From: an uncultured Granulosicoccaceae bacterium
GTDB lineage: Bacteria; Pseudomonadota; Gammaproteobacteria; Granulosicoccales; Granulosicoccaceae
DNA: 64,000 bases
Reading direction: 5' to 3'
NCBI GenBank assembly: GCA_937981955.1
Contig: CALJNA010000022.1
Coordinates: 1,548-65,547 of the forward strand
Within the stretch, counting starts at the first letter, position 1. Each line of letters starts with the position of its first letter. Under the pieces are notes generated by a model. The model had not been told where the DNA came from, searched no databases, and worked only from the letters and a program-made list of their open reading frames with translations. Of this stretch, positions 10,192-20,225 are shown piece after piece. Position numbers and translations under genes: made by a program.

Positions 10192-11163
10192 TTACATCCA
10201 GCCTTTTTCTTTGTAGTACTTCACAGCTCCATCGTGCAACGGAGCGGATATGTTTTTGCTGATCATATCTGCCTCGTTCAGATTTGCGAAAGCTGGGTGT
10301 AGTCGTTTGAAACGATCAAAGTTTTCAAACACCGCCTTCACGATTTCGTACACAGTGCTCTCATCAACCGTTGATGCCGTAACGAAGGTAGCACCAACAC
10401 CGAAAGTTGGTGTGTCAGTATCTGTACCGGTGTACATGCCACCAGGAATGGCCGTTTGAGCGTAGTAGCTGTTGTCATTCGCAAGTGCGTCAATTACGGG
10501 ACCGGTTACCGGAATCAGAATAGACTCACATGAAGTTGTCGCTTCTTTAATTGTGCCACTAGGGTGTCCAACGGTGAAAACCATCGCATCAATTTTGTTA
10601 TCGCATAATGCTTGTGATTGCTCGGAGGATTTCAACTCGGCGGCCAGTTTGAAGCTGTCCATGGTCCAGCCCATTTTGTCCATAACCACTTCCATTGTGC
10701 CGCGTGCACCAGAGCCCGGGTTACCAACATTGACGCGTTTTCCTACCAGGTCTTCAAACTTGGTGATGCCGGAATCGGCACGTGCTACAACAGTGAACGG
10801 TTCTGGATGAACAGAGAACACAGCGCGCAGTTCTTCGAATGCACCATCAGGAAATTGATCTGGTGAAGTGCCGTTGTAACCATGGTACTGCCAGTCTGAT
10901 TGAGCAACACCCATGTCCAGATCGCCGGCGCGAATACCGTTGATGTTCTTTACCGACCCGCCGGTGGTATGAGTACATTTGATATCGTGATCTTTGGTTC
11001 CACGATTAACCAGTTTGCAAATTGATCCGCCAACCACGTAATAAACACCGGTTTGTCCACCGGTACCAATCGTGACAAAGGTCTCGGCCGATGCGTTACC
11101 TGCAACCAGAGAGCCAAGCGCAATGCTTGCTGCGAGCGCAGAATGTCTGAAATTCAAAGTCAT
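10192..11163 (-). CDS. TAXI-family TRAP solute-binding protein
   Basis: Signal peptide, IGTGGQTGVYY, GGSVKN, AQSD, GNPGSG, PLHDGAVKYYKEKG. Confidence 0.93.
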   Translation of the reverse strand: MTLNFRHSALAASIALGSLVAGNASAETFVTIGTGGQTGVYYVVGGSICKLVNRGTKDHDIKCTHTTGGSVKNINGIRAGDLDMGVAQSDWQYHGYNGTSPDQFPDGAFEELRAVFSVHPEPFTVVARADSGITKFEDLVGKRVNVGNPGSGARGTMEVVMDKMGWTMDSFKLAAELKSSEQSQALCDNKIDAMVFTVGHPSGTIKEATTSCESILIPVTGPVIDALANDNSYYAQTAIPGGMYTGTDTDTPTFGVGATFVTASTVDESTVYEIVKAVFENFDRFKRLHPAFANLNEADMISKNISAPLHDGAVKYYKEKGWM

Positions 11164-11497
11164 GTTTAATTGCCTCCACGGCTTGATTTACTCTACTTGC
11201 TGCACACCGCTTGAATCAGCCGTTGTATATAACGACTGATACAAGTGGGATACAGTGTTGTGACGCAAGGTTGCTGTGAAAAGCGTCAGCCGTGAAGCCG
11301 TATGGGCACTTTCCGTTACTGCACGGTAGCGCTATGGGCTAGTAGTTTTGTGCAGCAGATACGCAGAAAACCGAGTAGTTTTTTTGTGTACTGGTCGGTG
11401 ACGCAGTTTTTTCGTGGCGGTATTCACGTTTGCAGGAGGCAGCGTGCCGGCGAGGGCACATAGTCAGATTGCCGGTTTAGAGGTTCAAATCCAGGTT

Positions 11498-12133
11498 TTA
11501 AGGCTCATGGATACCACAGATTTTTGACATTTCAACCAGCTCTGCAAGCGATCGTGCCTGCATCTTGGACATGATCCGAGCGCGATGATCATCAACCGTG
11601 CGATGGCTGATGCTGAGTTCTCGGGCAATCTCCTTATTTGAGTTGTTCGCGATCCCCGCCACCAGCAAACGCATGACATCGAGTTCTCGTGCCGTCAGTT
11701 TTGAGAAACGCTGATTGATTTCGCTGGCGTATCGCTCTTGTTCGAGTAATTCAGCGCTTTTCGCGATGGCTTGTTCAATATGCTGTTGCAGCGAATCTAC
11801 TGAGTAGGGTTTCTCCAAAAACTCGAATGCACCGTTTTTCATGGCACGAACCGACATTGGGATATCGCCATGTCCGGTAACAAAAATAATCGGTAACGAG
11901 GGGTGCTTGTCAACCAGCTGTTCCTGCACATCCAATCCACTCATTCCCGGCATACGCACATCGAGTACGAGGCAACCGGTGTGTCCGGACTCGTAGGATT
12001 GAAGGAATGAGTCACCACTGTCGTAGCACAACACGCTGTAGCCACGCTTCTCTAATGATCTGGTTAAAGCCGTTCGCACGGACTCATCGTCGTCGACGAC
12101 ATAAACTCGTTTATCCGCTGCTTCCACTTGCAT
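11498..12133 (-). CDS. FixJ/DctR-type response regulator
   Basis: VVDDDESVR, LDVRMPGMSG, TGHGDIPMSVRAMKNGA and LuxR HTH. The start shares one base with the kinase stop. Confidence 0.92.
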   Translation of the reverse strand: MQVEAADKRVYVVDDDESVRTALTRSLEKRGYSVLCYDSGDSFLQSYESGHTGCLVLDVRMPGMSGLDVQEQLVDKHPSLPIIFVTGHGDIPMSVRAMKNGAFEFLEKPYSVDSLQQHIEQAIAKSAELLEQERYASEINQRFSKLTARELDVMRLLVAGIANNSNKEIARELSISHRTVDDHRARIMSKMQARSLAELVEMSKICGIHEP

Positions 12134-13974
12134 TACTCCTGAATAAATGGAATGGTAAATCGGAATATCGTAACACCTTCCGAGGCTGGGTCAATCCAGA
12201 GACGCCCGCCGTGTTCTTCTACGATGCTGCGACTGATGGACAGGCCGAGCCCCATTCCATTAGCTTTTGTGGTTTGAAACGCGGTAAACAAGCGTCGAGC
12301 GAATTCAGGTTCAATACCCGGCCCCGTGTCAGTAATACATACTTCCAAATGGTCGGAACCATGCCTGCTGGTCTCAATGGTCAGCTCTTTAACCGGGCTG
12401 TTCGCCTGCCACATTGCCTCAACGCTATTGCGCTCCAGATTGACCAGTACTTGCTGAATCTGTACCGGATCGATCGTCGGGTGTGGCAGCGTTTCGTCGA
12501 GTCTGAGTAGCACGCTCACACCTCTTTCCCTGGCCTCCGGACCGGTTAGCCGAACAGTTTCTCTGACCAGTTTATTGATGTCGGTCGGTACCATGTCGGT
12601 ACTCTCTTTTCTTACCAGTGCCCGCATACTTCGAATAATTCCACCGGCGCGTTGTGCTTGTTCGGATATATCGTGAACAGTCTCGAGCAGCTCGTTATCG
12701 AACTGTGAATCCGATTTAACGCTCGACATGACCGCATCGCAGTTGTGCGTGATAGCGGTTAGTGGCTGGTTGAGTTCGTGCGCCAACCCTGTGGCAAGTT
12801 CTCCTGCCGTGGTTAGTCTTGATACATGAGCTAGTTCTGCGCGCAATCGACGATCACGTTCTTCCAGCCGTTTGCGTTCAGACACATCTTCGTGCACCAG
12901 TACAGCATGTCTTCCATCACCGGTATTGAATGTAGACATGGAAACAACACTCCATTGTCTTTTATCTTTCCTATGACATGGGTACTCGAAAAACATCGAA
13001 TCTCGATTCAGATTCAGAACGTCTGAGACATGTTTGGTCGCGGCATCGATACCTTTACGTTCAACTTCATTCATCGCTGTTGAACGAAACACAGGTTCGT
13101 AGTGATGACCGATTCCGCCATTGCTGTATTGAGTGTCGTTGGACGAGACGAATTTCTTCCAGGGCTCATTTGCCGCGCTGATGATGCCTTGCTGATCCAA
13201 TATGGCAATGTCGGATGGCAATGAGTTCAAGGTGGCTCTGAGAAATTGCTCTGAGCCCAGAAGTGCATCTTCTGCCTGACGCCTTCCACGAGTTTCCGCC
13301 TCGATGAGTCGCGTCGCATTGAGTTCCTGATCTATGGCTAATTGAGCCTGCAGGTTGCGCTGTCTGATTAACAGAGAAGCAATGCTCAGGGAAAGCAGCG
13401 CAAACCCGGCTAAAAGTAACAGGAGCCAGTCTCGAAAGTTATTCAAAAAATCGGTCTGTTCTGAAATCAGTTCTGTGGCGACGGCATCGGTTTCGTTGGA
13501 AATGCTGCGAATAACGCTATATCGCTCGCCCATACGGTTCGCGGCCGTTTCGAGAACAAACGGGTTGTCGTTTGAGTAGCCTGCGATTCCGTTATTGGTC
13601 CAATCGGCGATATCTTCCAGTACGGGCTTGATATAGGCATACGCTTCAGCAGCGCCATCGAGGCGCGCAAAACTATAGTTGGAACGCATACGCCCAAGCT
13701 GGTCCTGCGCCGATGTCAGCGCTGCACCAATGGCCTTTTTATTCTCAGGAGTAGGGCTAAGTCGAGTTCGCTCGAGGGATACCATGACGTGTCCGTATTC
13801 ATGAATCAACGAAGCAACATCATGTTGTTGTTCCAAAATTTCTTCGGCAAGCGCTTCGCGCATTTGGGTGGTGGAGTGGTAGACGAACGCCGCTATACCC
13901 AGTCCAAGTGACAGCAGCAAAGCAATGATGGCAATCGACCATCTTTTTGTCAGCGTTGATGAGTTGTCAGTCAT
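12133..13974 (-). CDS. Membrane sensor histidine kinase (two TM, periplasmic domain, PAS, HisKA/HATPase; FixL/DctS-like)
   Basis: H-box AHELNQPL, N-box QVLVNLERNSVEA, DTGPG, GMGLGLSISRSIVEEHGG. Confidence 0.92.
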   Translation of the reverse strand: MTDNSSTLTKRWSIAIIALLLSLGLGIAAFVYHSTTQMREALAEEILEQQHDVASLIHEYGHVMVSLERTRLSPTPENKKAIGAALTSAQDQLGRMRSNYSFARLDGAAEAYAYIKPVLEDIADWTNNGIAGYSNDNPFVLETAANRMGERYSVIRSISNETDAVATELISEQTDFLNNFRDWLLLLLAGFALLSLSIASLLIRQRNLQAQLAIDQELNATRLIEAETRGRRQAEDALLGSEQFLRATLNSLPSDIAILDQQGIISAANEPWKKFVSSNDTQYSNGGIGHHYEPVFRSTAMNEVERKGIDAATKHVSDVLNLNRDSMFFEYPCHRKDKRQWSVVSMSTFNTGDGRHAVLVHEDVSERKRLEERDRRLRAELAHVSRLTTAGELATGLAHELNQPLTAITHNCDAVMSSVKSDSQFDNELLETVHDISEQAQRAGGIIRSMRALVRKESTDMVPTDINKLVRETVRLTGPEARERGVSVLLRLDETLPHPTIDPVQIQQVLVNLERNSVEAMWQANSPVKELTIETSRHGSDHLEVCITDTGPGIEPEFARRLFTAFQTTKANGMGLGLSISRSIVEEHGGRLWIDPASEGVTIFRFTIPFIQE

Positions 13975-14009
13975 CTTTGGAAATTAATCTGATGTATCGA
14001 CAAAAAAGT

Positions 14010-15041
14010 TCACTCTGCATCGAGCAATCCCAGTTCTCTGTAGTATTTTTCAGCCCCGGGATGCAGTGGGACATCCATACCTGCAAGTGCAGAGTCCAAT
14101 TGCACATCTTTGCCTTTCGGATGCCCCGTTTGTAACAGCTCGAGTGTTTGCTGATTCCAAAGTCTGCGTGTCAGTTGATAAACAAGCTCTTTATCCATCG
14201 CTGCATTAATAATGAGCTGCGCTGGAACGCCAAGTGTCGGTATGGCGTTGTTGTTTTGGTAGGTGTTAGCCGGAAAACTGTCAGTAGAAAAGAAAGGGAA
14301 GCGAGACGAAATGGATTCAGCGCGTGGGCCGGTTATTGGAATCAAACGCGCTTTACCTTCAGCGACCAGTTCAGACACCGCGTTTACCGGGTAACCGGCA
14401 ACAAGCATAATGGCATCGAGCTCGTCCAATCTGAGTCGTTCAATAGCATCGGTGGCTTTGAGGTAAACCGATTCGAATGAATCGACGCTTAATCCGTAAG
14501 CGTTAAGGATTGCTAGCGACACCAGTCGGGTGCCTGACCCTTGTTCATCCATTGAAACACGGTGACCGACAAGATCATTGACACTATTAATATTGGAATC
14601 TTGCCGTGCAATGAGATGAACACTTTCAAGATACAGTGTCGCAATACCTCTGACATTTTCGAGTCGCTTGTCGTTCTCGAACGGGCCGGTACCATTGAAA
14701 GCCCAGTGCACAACATCGGCCTGCGCCAGTCCAGCCTCAAGCAGCCCATTGTTGATATCAGAGACATTGCTGACTGAACCTGTGGAGCGTTGTGCAAAGG
14801 CAATCAATTCGGTGTCGAGATTATTTTCACTGGAATCAAGCTTGATCTTGCCGGTAAATGCCTCGGCTATCAAAGACCCTATGGGAAGATAAGTCCCCTC
14901 TGTACCGCCTGTGCCAATGCGAAACGTTAACTGCTCCGCAGGCGCATTGAGTGATGCTGACATTAGCGCCGCGCACAATAACCATTTGCATTTCGCTAAG
15001 ACGGCGCCAGTTTTACGCGCATAAAAAAAGTTTGGTGACAC
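14010..15041 (-). CDS. Second TAXI-family solute-binding protein, upstream of the kinase
   Basis: IGTGGTEGTY, STGSVSN, AQAD, QGSGT, PLHPGAEKYYRELG. Start codon uncertain. Confidence 0.88.
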   Translation of the reverse strand: MSPNFFYARKTGAVLAKCKWLLCAALMSASLNAPAEQLTFRIGTGGTEGTYLPIGSLIAEAFTGKIKLDSSENNLDTELIAFAQRSTGSVSNVSDINNGLLEAGLAQADVVHWAFNGTGPFENDKRLENVRGIATLYLESVHLIARQDSNINSVNDLVGHRVSMDEQGSGTRLVSLAILNAYGLSVDSFESVYLKATDAIERLRLDELDAIMLVAGYPVNAVSELVAEGKARLIPITGPRAESISSRFPFFSTDSFPANTYQNNNAIPTLGVPAQLIINAAMDKELVYQLTRRLWNQQTLELLQTGHPKGKDVQLDSALAGMDVPLHPGAEKYYRELGLLDAE

Positions 15042-15187
15042 GTTGTAGCCAATTTAGAAGAAACGCACCAATAATAGCGCTCGAGGGCACCGTCTTACCA
15101 CCAAAACTTAACAAACCGACGCTAAGCAAGTACAGATGCGCGCTAAATTGATGTATTTACTTCGTGCATCTGGGTTTCCGGGGATAT

Positions 15188-15883
15188 TCATGCGCTCTGG
15201 CAGCTCTGTGAAATCCACCCGGACTGGGCGAATTGTGCAGCTAATTGAGTTCGCCGATTATTCAATGGCTGGTTCACTGTCACAAGAAACCAGAGCTGGC
15301 CGTTTGCCATTGTGGCGGCGTCTGAGATCTGGAAATCACATTCATTTTTTTGTGAATGGGTGAATTTTCCTGAACGTGCATGTGCCTCGTTGGCTGTTGA
15401 TAAAGCCAGAAAAAGCTCGCCGTTCCAGTTCGGCAACAATGATACCAGTGCGTCCATAGCGATAATCGCATAGGGCTGATAGTCCATTTCACCCTCATGT
15501 ATCAGCCAGCATAACGATTGGGTTTTCGTGTTCCACAGCTGATACCAAGTTTCATCACCGTTAAATTCAAATCCGAAAACGGCAATACACTGTTCATTGG
15601 TTGCGTTGGCAACATGCAGAAAATGCTGCCAGCGGCTTACGACAGAAGGCGCGCCAAACGAGTCTGGCCGCTGATACGTTCTTGCAATGTTTTCACTTCG
15701 CTGGCTGTGTGGCTGATCCAGCAAACCCAAAATCCGCTGTGGGTGCTGCTCTTTAGATTGATTTACCAAAACGCTATTTTCTATTTGCGAGTACAGGATT
15801 GGCTTCATCATGGATGTGCTGGTGAGAGTGACTTTCACTTTTTGCTCCGGTAAATGGGTACTGACCAGATTCAAGTAAAGCAA
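15188..15883 (-). CDS. Hypothetical protein
   Basis: Longest ORF (231 aa) in the gap. No motif recognised; the true start may be a downstream ATG (MMKPIL). Confidence 0.5.
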   Translation of the reverse strand: MLYLNLVSTHLPEQKVKVTLTSTSMMKPILYSQIENSVLVNQSKEQHPQRILGLLDQPHSQRSENIARTYQRPDSFGAPSVVSRWQHFLHVANATNEQCIAVFGFEFNGDETWYQLWNTKTQSLCWLIHEGEMDYQPYAIIAMDALVSLLPNWNGELFLALSTANEAHARSGKFTHSQKNECDFQISDAATMANGQLWFLVTVNQPLNNRRTQLAAQFAQSGWISQSCQSA

Positions 15884-16181
15884 ACACAGTGCGGTGGTTC
15901 ATGGCGTGGAGATGATGAATTCTGATGAATTGCGATATCAGTGGAAATCGAGCGCTGTAAGAGGTTGCCTGGTCCGTTCGTCCTATTGCCCATATCCGAA
16001 AAAGTATTAATTAATAATGCTTAAAGCGCTTGAATGACGGTACCTTTAGTTAAATAGTAGATATTAATAAATCTTCGGCCGATACTGACGTAAATACCTC
16101 ATGTGCATAAGGCTGCGCAATCAGCTCACCGGAAATACAGCGCGTAGAGACTAACAATTGAAGTAGAGGAAGGATGATGCA

Positions 16182-17219
16182 ATGAAATACACTATGGCTA
16201 AGAAAATATTCGCAGCGGCCTTGAATGTTTATTATTCAAAAGTGTCAGCCCAGGGACTCGAAAAAATCCCTCAAAATCAGCCGGTATTGTTTATTTCAAA
16301 TCACAATAACGCGTTTATCGACCCGCTATTGCTGGCATCAACGCTTGAGCGTCGAATTACTTTTACTGCAAAAAGTACGCTGGCAAAAAATCCGTTGCTT
16401 AACGTAATACTCAAGTCGTTTTCAGTTGAGTTACTGTCCAGGAAAATTGATCGCACTGGATCTGAAACGGGCAGGTCTTTTAACGCTTGTGCATTTGAAC
16501 GTCTGGAAGAAAAGCTGCATGAACGCGGTGCGGTCTATATTTTTCCTGAAGGGAAAAGCCATAATGATCCGGTACTGCATAAATTCAAAACCGGTGCTGC
16601 AAGATTAGCACTGGCGTATGCTGAAAAATGCGGAGGGCTCGATATCGAAAACGATTTGCTCATTGTTCCTCTTGGATTGAACTACAGTGACAAATCAACG
16701 TTTCGCTCGCACGCAAATATCCAAGTTGGCGAACCATTGTCTTTGAAGGCATGGCTTGCAGGTAACTCACTAAGTGATGTGCGTGGATTGACCAATCAGT
16801 TCAGACTAATGGTTTCAGAAGCAATGGATGAGCAGAACAGTGCAATCCGAAAGGCCGCTTTAACGGTAAGTCAGCCATCAACTCGGGCGGGCATTGGTGC
16901 GCATTTTCGCTATTGGCAAAAACGGTTGCTGGGTGCACCGCTCGGCATTCTGGGTGGCGTTTTAAATCTGTTGCCATTTGCAGTCACTGCTTTTTTCAGA
17001 CGTATTTTATCGACAGATCGCGATCACCCTGCATCAGCGGCAATTGTTGTCGGACCGCCTGTATTTACCATTGCGCATAGTCTGCAGCTTTCAGTTTTAG
17101 GTGCGTTGGGTTCACTGTTTCTTATGCTGTTGTACTTGCTGATGTTGGTTCCAAGCTCTGTGTTGGCTCTGCGGCTGTTTGACCATCTGTTTCACCGAAA
17201 AGCCACGTCCGCGCATTAA
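16182..17219 (+). CDS. PlsC-family (lyso)phospholipid acyltransferase with C-terminal TM helices
   Basis: NHNNAFIDP (HxxxxD), FTAKS, IFPEGKSH, FKTGAAR, IVPLGLNY. Confidence 0.88.
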   Translation: MKYTMAKKIFAAALNVYYSKVSAQGLEKIPQNQPVLFISNHNNAFIDPLLLASTLERRITFTAKSTLAKNPLLNVILKSFSVELLSRKIDRTGSETGRSFNACAFERLEEKLHERGAVYIFPEGKSHNDPVLHKFKTGAARLALAYAEKCGGLDIENDLLIVPLGLNYSDKSTFRSHANIQVGEPLSLKAWLAGNSLSDVRGLTNQFRLMVSEAMDEQNSAIRKAALTVSQPSTRAGIGAHFRYWQKRLLGAPLGILGGVLNLLPFAVTAFFRRILSTDRDHPASAAIVVGPPVFTIAHSLQLSVLGALGSLFLMLLYLLMLVPSSVLALRLFDHLFHRKATSAH

Positions 17220-17361
17220 ATATCAAATCTGACGAATACCAAAATCGACGTGATGGATGTTATTCATGGCGTTAATTGGAATAGGTGTCCTTGATTTCGG
17301 CTATAGTCGGTAGCAGTTGTTTTGGATTACATGCAGCATAAACCAACAGGAACTTGCACCC

Positions 17362-18162
17362 ATGAGTGAACGAATCCAGCTAACGGTATCTCAGAACGTG
17401 GCAGAAGTGGTTTTGTGCAGACCGGAAAAAATGAATGCCCTGGATCAGGCGGCCTTTGAACAACTGCCTGCCGTTGCAGAACAGGTGAAGTCAGATCACA
17501 GTGTGCGTGCGGTGGTCATCCATGCACAAGGGGAGCATTTCTGCGCAGGCGCAGATAAATCATTTCTGCAAGGGGCTGTTTCTAACCAATCGACTTTTCG
17601 TGATCGCGCTTTAACATTATCGAACAACGAGATCGCAAACGAGTTTCAAAAGCCTGCAATGGCCTGGTTCAATCTTGATGTGCCGGTGGTGATCTGCTTG
17701 CAGGGCGTGACTTACGGAGCGGGAATGCAGATTGCGCTGGCTGGTGATATTCGCATCGCTGCGCCAACCACTGCCATGTCATTGTTTGAAATACACTGGG
17801 GCTTAATTCCGGATATGGGCATTACGCAAACCCTGCCAAGGTTAGTCAGAGCCGATGTCGGCATGGAATTAATGTTGACGGGCCGGGTTGTGAAAGCGCC
17901 GGAAGCTTTGGATATTGGGCTTGTTACCAGTATCGCAGACAACCCATTGGAAGCTGCTCGTACTTTGGCGAGTCAAATAGCGTCCAAATCACCGGGTGCT
18001 ACCAGCCGTGCAAAACAACTGATGCGTGAGAGTGCGAATATGACGTCTGCAGAAGGTTTGGCAATGGAAGCTCAGTTACAAAGTGAACTTGTTGGTACTG
18101 CTAATCAGATGGAGGCCGCTATGGCGAATCTTGAAAAAAGACCAGCAAAATTCGCGGATTAA
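17362..18162 (+). CDS. Enoyl-CoA hydratase/isomerase family protein
   Basis: RPEKMNAL, FCAGAD, GAGMQIALAGDIR, EIHWGLIPDMG. ATG 17362 preferred. Confidence 0.9.
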   Translation: MSERIQLTVSQNVAEVVLCRPEKMNALDQAAFEQLPAVAEQVKSDHSVRAVVIHAQGEHFCAGADKSFLQGAVSNQSTFRDRALTLSNNEIANEFQKPAMAWFNLDVPVVICLQGVTYGAGMQIALAGDIRIAAPTTAMSLFEIHWGLIPDMGITQTLPRLVRADVGMELMLTGRVVKAPEALDIGLVTSIADNPLEAARTLASQIASKSPGATSRAKQLMRESANMTSAEGLAMEAQLQSELVGTANQMEAAMANLEKRPAKFAD

Positions 18163-18186
18163 ATGGCAAAAAACCAGCTGAGGTGT

Positions 18187-18831
18187 TCAGCTGGCTTTCT
18201 TTACAAGTACTTTGGCCTGATCAATCCACTCATCGCGATTGATTCGATCACCGAAACCTGAGTTGGACTCATCCAGCGCATCGATAACCATCTTGACTTC
18301 AGCTTGCTTGAAGCCTGCCAGTTGCTTAAATGTAGTAATACCGAGCTCATTAAGCGTTCTCTCCATGACAACGCCAATACCCTTAATCACTTTCAAATCA
18401 TCTTTCTCTTTTGGCGCAACGAAAATTGGCTTCACATTAGCCTGATCATGTTTGTCTGCCACCGGTTTTTTAACGGCGTTTTTCCGTGCTGATTCATTCG
18501 CCTGTTTCGCAGCTTCGGCTTTTGCCTGTTCTCTGGCTGCCTTAACGCGAGCTTCTGCTTGTTCTTCTTCTGCGGATACACTGCCACCAAGTGCGGTGCG
18601 CTTTGCCGGGCTGGTCGCGTGATTTGCAGCCACGCCTGTGACAGGCTTTGAAGCTGAGCCGTTTCCAGCCGATGAACCGGCTTTGCTTGAATTAGTTTTT
18701 ATTGCTCCGGCGCAAGTTGCGCAAAGCATTTTTGCATCGGTAAATGGTGTGCGATCGCCCCAATCAAGCAACAACATAATTAGCCAGAACAAGGTCCAAA
18801 TGGCGGCTAGCGCGAAAAGAAAGGTCAACAT
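18187..18831 (-). CDS. Membrane-anchored protein with Ala/Lys-rich linker and C-terminal COG3743-like HhH domain
   Basis: N-terminal TM, low-complexity linker, then DDLKVIKGIGVVMERTLNELGITTFKQLA...RINRDEWIDQAK. Confidence 0.78.
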   Translation of the reverse strand: MLTFLFALAAIWTLFWLIMLLLDWGDRTPFTDAKMLCATCAGAIKTNSSKAGSSAGNGSASKPVTGVAANHATSPAKRTALGGSVSAEEEQAEARVKAAREQAKAEAAKQANESARKNAVKKPVADKHDQANVKPIFVAPKEKDDLKVIKGIGVVMERTLNELGITTFKQLAGFKQAEVKMVIDALDESNSGFGDRINRDEWIDQAKVLVKKAS

Positions 18832-19039
18832 GGGGTTCTCCAAATACAGTTTCTATGAGCTGTTTTAATTCGCCATTTATAAAATGGTCTACTTGGAGCC
18901 GTTGAGCGACACAGACAGTCTAACCTGAACGTATCAGTTCACGTTTCGGTTAATTCGCTTGTTTTGCCGTAATGGAGTTACTGCACGTCGCACGAAATAT
19001 TAAATTGTGGGAAATTCGTCGCCTGCATAAAAACGATGG

Positions 19040-19378
19040 TCAGTTCTCGTTCTGTTGTAATTGCAGCAGCTCATTTTCATCGAGTTTTCTGCACAGAACA
19101 GCAAGCACATCAGCGGACATTTCCTTGCCTGCGCCGACCACATCTTCGAGTTTTTCCTGATTGGCGTTAGCGACTTCAAACGGTGAACGATCAAGGCCCT
19201 GGGAGATAGCTGTCAGACCCAGACCCGACAGTATCACCCAAAAAAGCATGGTTAAGCTGCTCTTAACGATTTTGATCACCCCAATGATCAGCAACAGCGC
19301 ACCAAGCGCTATTAACAGTTCATCGGAATACGCCATATTTCTGAATTGGTGCCAGTAGTCGAGGATGCCCATGCCCAC
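19040..19378 (-). CDS. Small hypothetical membrane protein
   Basis: Two hydrophobic segments; AAGGA precedes the GTG start. Confidence 0.62.
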   Translation of the reverse strand: MGMGILDYWHQFRNMAYSDELLIALGALLLIIGVIKIVKSSLTMLFWVILSGLGLTAISQGLDRSPFEVANANQEKLEDVVGAGKEMSADVLAVLCRKLDENELLQLQQNEN

Positions 19379-19517
19379 TTATTCCTTGAAAAAGTTTGGT
19401 GGTTATACTCTCACTGTTCCTGCCTTTTTGCGTGGATTCGTGACATTTTTTAATCGGTAGCACTAAGCGTTGTTTCGGCTGCGTATGCCTCAGTCAAATC
19501 GTCGGCATATTGTGCGC

Positions 19518-19546
19518 AAAAAAAATGCCGCGATAAGCGGCATTTT
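19518..19546 (-). terminator. Rho-independent terminator of rplU
   Basis: AAAATGCCGC-gataa-GCGGCATTTT, with the A8 run at 19518-19525 giving a U-tract on the minus strand. Confidence 0.82.
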
Positions 19547-19598
19547 GAATAACCAATCGGTGGTGTTGCCCACGAGCAACTTATCCAGTTTACTTAGA

Positions 19599-20225
19599 TC
19601 AGGATTTACCTTCGGCAAGCTTTTTCGCCTGACCTAACCAGTCATCACGTTCAATTCTGCCTGGAAAGTTGGTCTCGTTTTCGACTGCCTCAATGTCTTC
19701 AGCAGTGAAAGCGGCAATTTGTCGAAAGTGGTAAATGCCAAGACCGTTAAGGGTTTCTTCCAGTACTGGTCCTACACCCGAGATTTCTTTCAAATCATCT
19801 TTGTCGCCGTCTGGTGCATCCATAAACTTTAGCGTTCCAGTCGGCCCGGATGGCTTCGCCGCTGGTGCAGGTGCGGGCGCTTCGGTCTTAGCCGGTGCAC
19901 TTGCGCTCAGCCCAGCGCCATTCATGCCGGTTATCTCAATTTCGCAGAAGTGCTGACGGTGGCCCATCTGCTTGCGATGGTGCTTTCGACGTCGGAATTT
20001 TATGATTCGCACTTTTTTGTCACGACCGTTTTGCAGGACTTTTGCGCTCACCGAGGCGTTTTCGATAGTCGGTGTGCCGATAGTGACCGATTCGCCTTCG
20101 CCCATCATCAGGACCTGATCAAGTGTGATCTCGTCGCCTTCGTTGGCGCCGAGCAACTCAACGCGCAGGGTATCTCCGGGGCTGACGCGGTACTGTTTAC
20201 CGCCGGTTTTTACAACTGCGTACAT
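19599..20225 (-). CDS. rplU: 50S ribosomal protein L21 with C-terminal COG3743-like HhH extension
   Basis: [14 protein letters not shown]...[16 protein letters not shown], then an Ala/Pro linker and [11 protein letters not shown]...[16 protein letters not shown] 20225 follows GAGAGG. Confidence 0.95.
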   Translation of the reverse strand: MYAVVKTGGKQYRVSPGDTLRVELLGANEGDEITLDQVLMMGEGESVTIGTPTIENASVSAKVLQNGRDKKVRIIKFRRRKHHRKQMGHRQHFCEIEITGMNGAGLSASAPAKTEAPAPAPAAKPSGPTGTLKFMDAPDGDKDDLKEISGVGPVLEETLNGLGIYHFRQIAAFTAEDIEAVENETNFPGRIERDDWLGQAKKLAEGKS

